Of a DNA stretch of 64,000 bases, positions 60,526-64,000 are shown one piece after another. How positions within the stretch are numbered: position 1 is the first letter of the stretch; every line of letters starts with the position of its first letter. This stretch comes from Phycisphaerae bacterium (GTDB lineage: Bacteria > Planctomycetota > Phycisphaerae > SM23-33): the NCBI GenBank assembly GCA_039683615.1, contig JBDKRA010000029.1, positions 53,256-117,255 of the forward strand. The letters run 5' to 3'. Below the pieces are notes generated by a model that was given only the letters and a program-made list of their open reading frames with translations, was not told the origin of the DNA and did no database searches. A program made the position numbers and the translations under genes.

Positions 60526-61743
60526 ATGTCAAAACAATGGATTCGAATCGCTGCCCCCGCCGGAATTGTCGCCCTGGTGCTGGCGGGATACGCCGCCTAC
60601 CGCTGTCTGGGCGGCACGGCGAACACCGCAGCGTCGACGCGGGCTGCAGGCCCCGCCACGGCGACACAGCCCGTGGCGGTCCCCATCGTCGTGACTGCCG
60701 CGTCCCGCCGCCAGTTCCGCCAAAGCCTGGTGGTGCAGGGCAACGTCGAGGCGCGGTATTTTGCGATGGTCTCCTCGCGGGTGGAGGGAACCATCGAGAA
60801 GTTGTATGTCGAAGAGGGCGACGCGGTGGTGGCGGGGCAGACTCGATTGTTTCAGGTCGATGCCCTGAAGCTCAACAAGGCCCTCGAGATCGCCCAGCAG
60901 GACGAGGCCGTCGCCCGATGCAATCTGACGGAGCGCCAGGCGTATGTCGAACAGATCGAGGCCGAACACCGCAAGATCATGCTCGACCGCCGCCGCGTGG
61001 ACCAGATGTCCAAGAAGGGCGTGGCCACCGAGAACGAGGTGGACGCCTCGCAATCGGCCCTGGAGCAGAGCCAGGCGATGGTCAAACACGCCAAGGCCCT
61101 GATGGACCTGGCCGCGCAGAAACTCCAACAGGCCCGAGCCGCGGTCATGATGGCCCAGAAGAATCTCAGCGACTCGCTGGTGCTGGCGCCGTTGAACGGG
61201 AGAATATGCAAGCGCTTGGCCGAGCCGGGCGAGATGACCAAGCCCGGCCAGACTATCCTGCGCATCGAGGACCCCAGCGAGGTGGAAGTCTCGGCCTGGT
61301 TGCCCGGCAAACACCATCCCCAGATCACCCACGGCGTCACTCCCATGCGGATCCGCATCGGCGGACGCGACCTGGGCGAGTTCCTCGTCTGCTATCGAAG
61401 CCCGACGATTGATCCATGCTTGCGCACATTCGAGGCCAAGTGCCGCATGCGGGACACTTCCGGACTGGCCGTGCCCGGCGCGATGGCGGACATCGAGATC
61501 ATCCTCCAGCAGCGCGAAGGCCTGGGCGTTCCGACGGCCGCGATCATCGAGCGCGCCGGGCGCACGGCGGTGTTTACGGCCAATTCCGGCGCGGCGAGCA
61601 TGATAGCCGTCGTTGCCGGTTTAGAGACTGACGGCTGGACCGAGATCGTCTCAGGCGATCTGCACGAAGGCGACGCCGTTGTCTGCCAGGGGCAGTTCCT
61701 CCTTGATGAGGCGTCGAACGTGGTCGTGCGAGAGGAGAAGTAA
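60526..61743 (+). CDS. Efflux RND transporter periplasmic adaptor subunit (MFP/HlyD family)
   Basis: Signal anchor, coiled-coil hairpin, beta-barrel and MP domains. Stop 2 nt before the permease start. Confidence 0.85.
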   Translation: MSKQWIRIAAPAGIVALVLAGYAAYRCLGGTANTAASTRAAGPATATQPVAVPIVVTAASRRQFRQSLVVQGNVEARYFAMVSSRVEGTIEKLYVEEGDAVVAGQTRLFQVDALKLNKALEIAQQDEAVARCNLTERQAYVEQIEAEHRKIMLDRRRVDQMSKKGVATENEVDASQSALEQSQAMVKHAKALMDLAAQKLQQARAAVMMAQKNLSDSLVLAPLNGRICKRLAEPGEMTKPGQTILRIEDPSEVEVSAWLPGKHHPQITHGVTPMRIRIGGRDLGEFLVCYRSPTIDPCLRTFEAKCRMRDTSGLAVPGAMADIEIILQQREGLGVPTAAIIERAGRTAVFTANSGAASMIAVVAGLETDGWTEIVSGDLHEGDAVVCQGQFLLDEASNVVVREEK

Positions 61744-61745
61744 GC

Positions 61746-64000
61746 ATGTTCCTTGCCAATGTCTCCGTTCGCCGCCCGATTGCCGTCGGCTGCCTGATCA
61801 TCGCACTGGTGGCGCTGGGGCTCAACGCATACCGCAAGTTGGCCCTGGAGAATCTGCCCAAGATCGACGTTCCGTACGTGACCATTCAGACCGTCTGGCC
61901 CGGCGCCAGCCCGGGCGACATCGAGAAAGACGTCGCCAAACGCATTGAAGACGCCGTCAGCCGCGTCGACGGGCTCAAGCACGTCACCTCCTCCTGCATG
62001 GAAAATGCCTGTCTGACCCAATTGGAGTTCCAGTTGGGCGTAAACGTGGACGTGGCGGCCACCGACGTGCGCGAGCGGCTGGACACCATCCTCGGCGAAC
62101 TGCCTGCCGACGTGGAACGCCCGGTGGTGCTCAAGCTGGATATCAACGCCAAGCCGATCGTCACGCTGGCCCTGACGGGCAATGCGGGAGTCGACGCGAT
62201 GTACGACTTCGCCGACAACCGCCTGCGCGACCGCATTTCGGTCATCCGCGGCGTGGCCAACGTCGAACTCGTCGGCGGCAGCAAACGCGAGGTACACGTC
62301 CTGCTCGATCGCGCGGCGGTGGCGGCCGCGGGCATGACCAGTCTGAACGTCGTCGAGGCCACCCGGAACGGCGTGATGTCGATTCCATCGGGGCGGATAC
62401 GCGAGGGCGGGGCTGAGTACGCCGTCCGCTTCGACGCCGACTACGATGCGGTCGCCGCGATCGACTCGCTGGAAGTGGCCAATAACAACGGCTCGCGCCG
62501 CTATATTCGCGACATGGGCACGGTGCAGATGGCCTCCCAGGAGCGGCGGCAACTGGCGTTTATCGACGGCCAGGAGTGCATCAGCATCCGCGTCGTCAAG
62601 AAGGCCGAAGCCAACACCGTGCAGGTCGTCAGCGACATCCGCCAAGCCATGGCCAAAATTGCCGCGACGTTGCCCGGCGGCATGAAACTGATCTGGATCA
62701 GCGACGACGGACAATTCGTTCAGGCATCCGTCGACAGCACCCTCAGCGACATCGTCATGGGCATCGCCCTGACGGCTGCGGTTCTGCTGGTGTTCCTGGC
62801 CAACCTGCGCACCACCGTGGTCGTCTCGATCACCATGCCCTTGACGATCCTGATCAGCCTGTGGTTCATGCAGTTGTTGGATTTCACGCTGAACCTGTCG
62901 ACGCTGCTGGCCATAGGACTGTCCACGGGCATTCTGGTGTCGAATTCCATCGTGGTCCTGGAGAATGTCGTGCAACGATTCGCCGACACGCACGACCGGT
63001 GGGAAGCCGCACGCAAAGGCACCAGCGAAGTGGCCGTGGCCGTTTTGGCCAGTGCCGGAACCAACGTGGTAGTCATGCTGCCCATCGGCATGATGGGCAG
63101 CATGGTGGGTCTTTTCTTCCGCCCCTTTGCGGTCACCACCTTGATCGTCAACACTATGTCGCTGCTGGTGTCATTCACGCTGACGCCCATCCTGTGCGCG
63201 CTGCTGCTCAAACCAGCCTCGCAGGTCACGCACAATCCGCTGACGCGACTGGCCCAGCGATGGGACGCCGCGCTGTCGGCGATGGCCCACGGATACGCCC
63301 GCCTGCTGCATCTGGTCGCCCGGCGCCGGTGGCTGGCGGGGTTGCTCATCCTGGGCGTGGTCGCCTTGCTGTGGCAGGCGATGGCGCTGGCGCCGCGGCT
63401 GGGCTTCTCGTTCGTGGACAACCCCGACCGCGGGCAGATCTTCATCAAATTGGAGTACCCCACACGATACGACTTGGCCGCGGCCACGATCCGCGCGCAT
63501 CAGGCCTGCACTGCTCTGCGCGACCTGCCGGACCTGCGCCACATCCTGATGACGGTGGGAAAAGTCGAGGGCTCGGCCGGCATGTCTTCCGAGGGCGTGT
63601 ACCTGGCACAGACATTCCTGGTTTTTGCCGACAAGACCGAGCGTTCATGGAACATCATGGACGTTCTGCAGCAGGTGCGCAGCCGCCTGGCCAACCACAC
63701 CGACTGCATCGTCACCGCCAGCGTCCCCAGCGTCGTTGGCGGGCAGTCGCTGCCGATGGAGATGGAGATCTCCGGCGAGGAGTTGCCCGTGCTCGACCGC
63801 GTGGCCATGGACGTCCAGCGCCTGGCGCGCGGCACTGCCGGCGTGGTCAACCCCGACACGACCGTTCGCCAGGGCAAACTCGAGCTGCGCGTTCATCCCC
63901 GCCGCGCCATCCTGGCCGACCAGCACATTTCTGCCCAGACCCTGGCCATGACGCTGCGCGCCAACCTGGAAGGCATCAAGGCCGGCAGTTTCAAACGAGG
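61746..64000 (+). CDS. Efflux RND transporter permease (AcrB/CzcA family), 3' end outside window
   Basis: Begins MFLANVSVRRPIAVGCLIIALVALG…YVTIQTVWPGASP and stays open to the window end (~751 codons visible). Confidence 0.85.
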   Translation, partial: MFLANVSVRRPIAVGCLIIALVALGLNAYRKLALENLPKIDVPYVTIQTVWPGASPGDIEKDVAKRIEDAVSRVDGLKHVTSSCMENACLTQLEFQLGVNVDVAATDVRERLDTILGELPADVERPVVLKLDINAKPIVTLALTGNAGVDAMYDFADNRLRDRISVIRGVANVELVGGSKREVHVLLDRAAVAAAGMTSLNVVEATRNGVMSIPSGRIREGGAEYAVRFDADYDAVAAIDSLEVANNNGSRRYIRDMGTVQMASQERRQLAFIDGQECISIRVVKKAEANTVQVVSDIRQAMAKIAATLPGGMKLIWISDDGQFVQASVDSTLSDIVMGIALTAAVLLVFLANLRTTVVVSITMPLTILISLWFMQLLDFTLNLSTLLAIGLSTGILVSNSIVVLENVVQRFADTHDRWEAARKGTSEVAVAVLASAGTNVVVMLPIGMMGSMVGLFFRPFAVTTLIVNTMSLLVSFTLTPILCALLLKPASQVTHNPLTRLAQRWDAALSAMAHGYARLLHLVARRRWLAGLLILGVVALLWQAMALAPRLGFSFVDNPDRGQIFIKLEYPTRYDLAAATIRAHQACTALRDLPDLRHILMTVGKVEGSAGMSSEGVYLAQTFLVFADKTERSWNIMDVLQQVRSRLANHTDCIVTASVPSVVGGQSLPMEMEISGEELPVLDRVAMDVQRLARGTAGVVNPDTTVRQGKLELRVHPRRAILADQHISAQTLAMTLRANLEGIKAGSFKR

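Overview
This is a high-GC (~65%) bacterial chromosomal segment. Gene content and style (type III glutamine synthetase, an extended sigma-70, many TPR and secreted proteins, ExbBD paralogs) suggest Planctomycetota or a similar lineage, but that is inference. Genes run left to right as follows:
- A housekeeping block: aspartokinase, a secreted thermonuclease, a GDSL hydrolase and enolase.
- A minus-strand unit with an extended sigma-70 factor preceded by three hypothetical membrane or secreted proteins.
- A tRNA-Cys.
- An 8-gene minus-strand operon encoding a Ton/Tol-like motor (1 ExbB and 3 ExbD) together with two TPR proteins and two zinc-ribbon/TM/VWA proteins. It contains no TonB or TolA. 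This is the most unusual system in the window.
- A tRNA-Leu.
- A GT2 processive glycosyltransferase, a HIT hydrolase and fliA.
- A large flagellar export and basal-body operon: flhG, flhF, flhA, a C-terminally truncated flhB, fliR, fliQ, fliP, fliO, fliN, fliJ, fliI, fliH and a natural FliF-FliG fusion gene.
- A MerR regulator, a TPR lipoprotein, a homocysteine S-methyltransferase-domain protein and a HAD hydrolase.
- A PFL-like glycyl radical enzyme with no adjacent activase, and a YgiQ radical-SAM protein.
- Lon and Hsp20.
- An MlrC-like M81 peptidase.
- A giant PQQ beta-propeller protein with an embedded methyltransferase-like domain.
- GlnN.
- A TetR regulator followed by an RND efflux operon that runs off the window end.

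The intergenic DNA carries several families of long palindromic, repeated elements. One has a perfect 31-bp inverted repeat and looks MITE-like; it sits between convergent genes. Others lie inside the flagellar operon or overlap gene ends. Many long ORFs in the supplied track are antisense artefacts of high GC and are not reported as genes.
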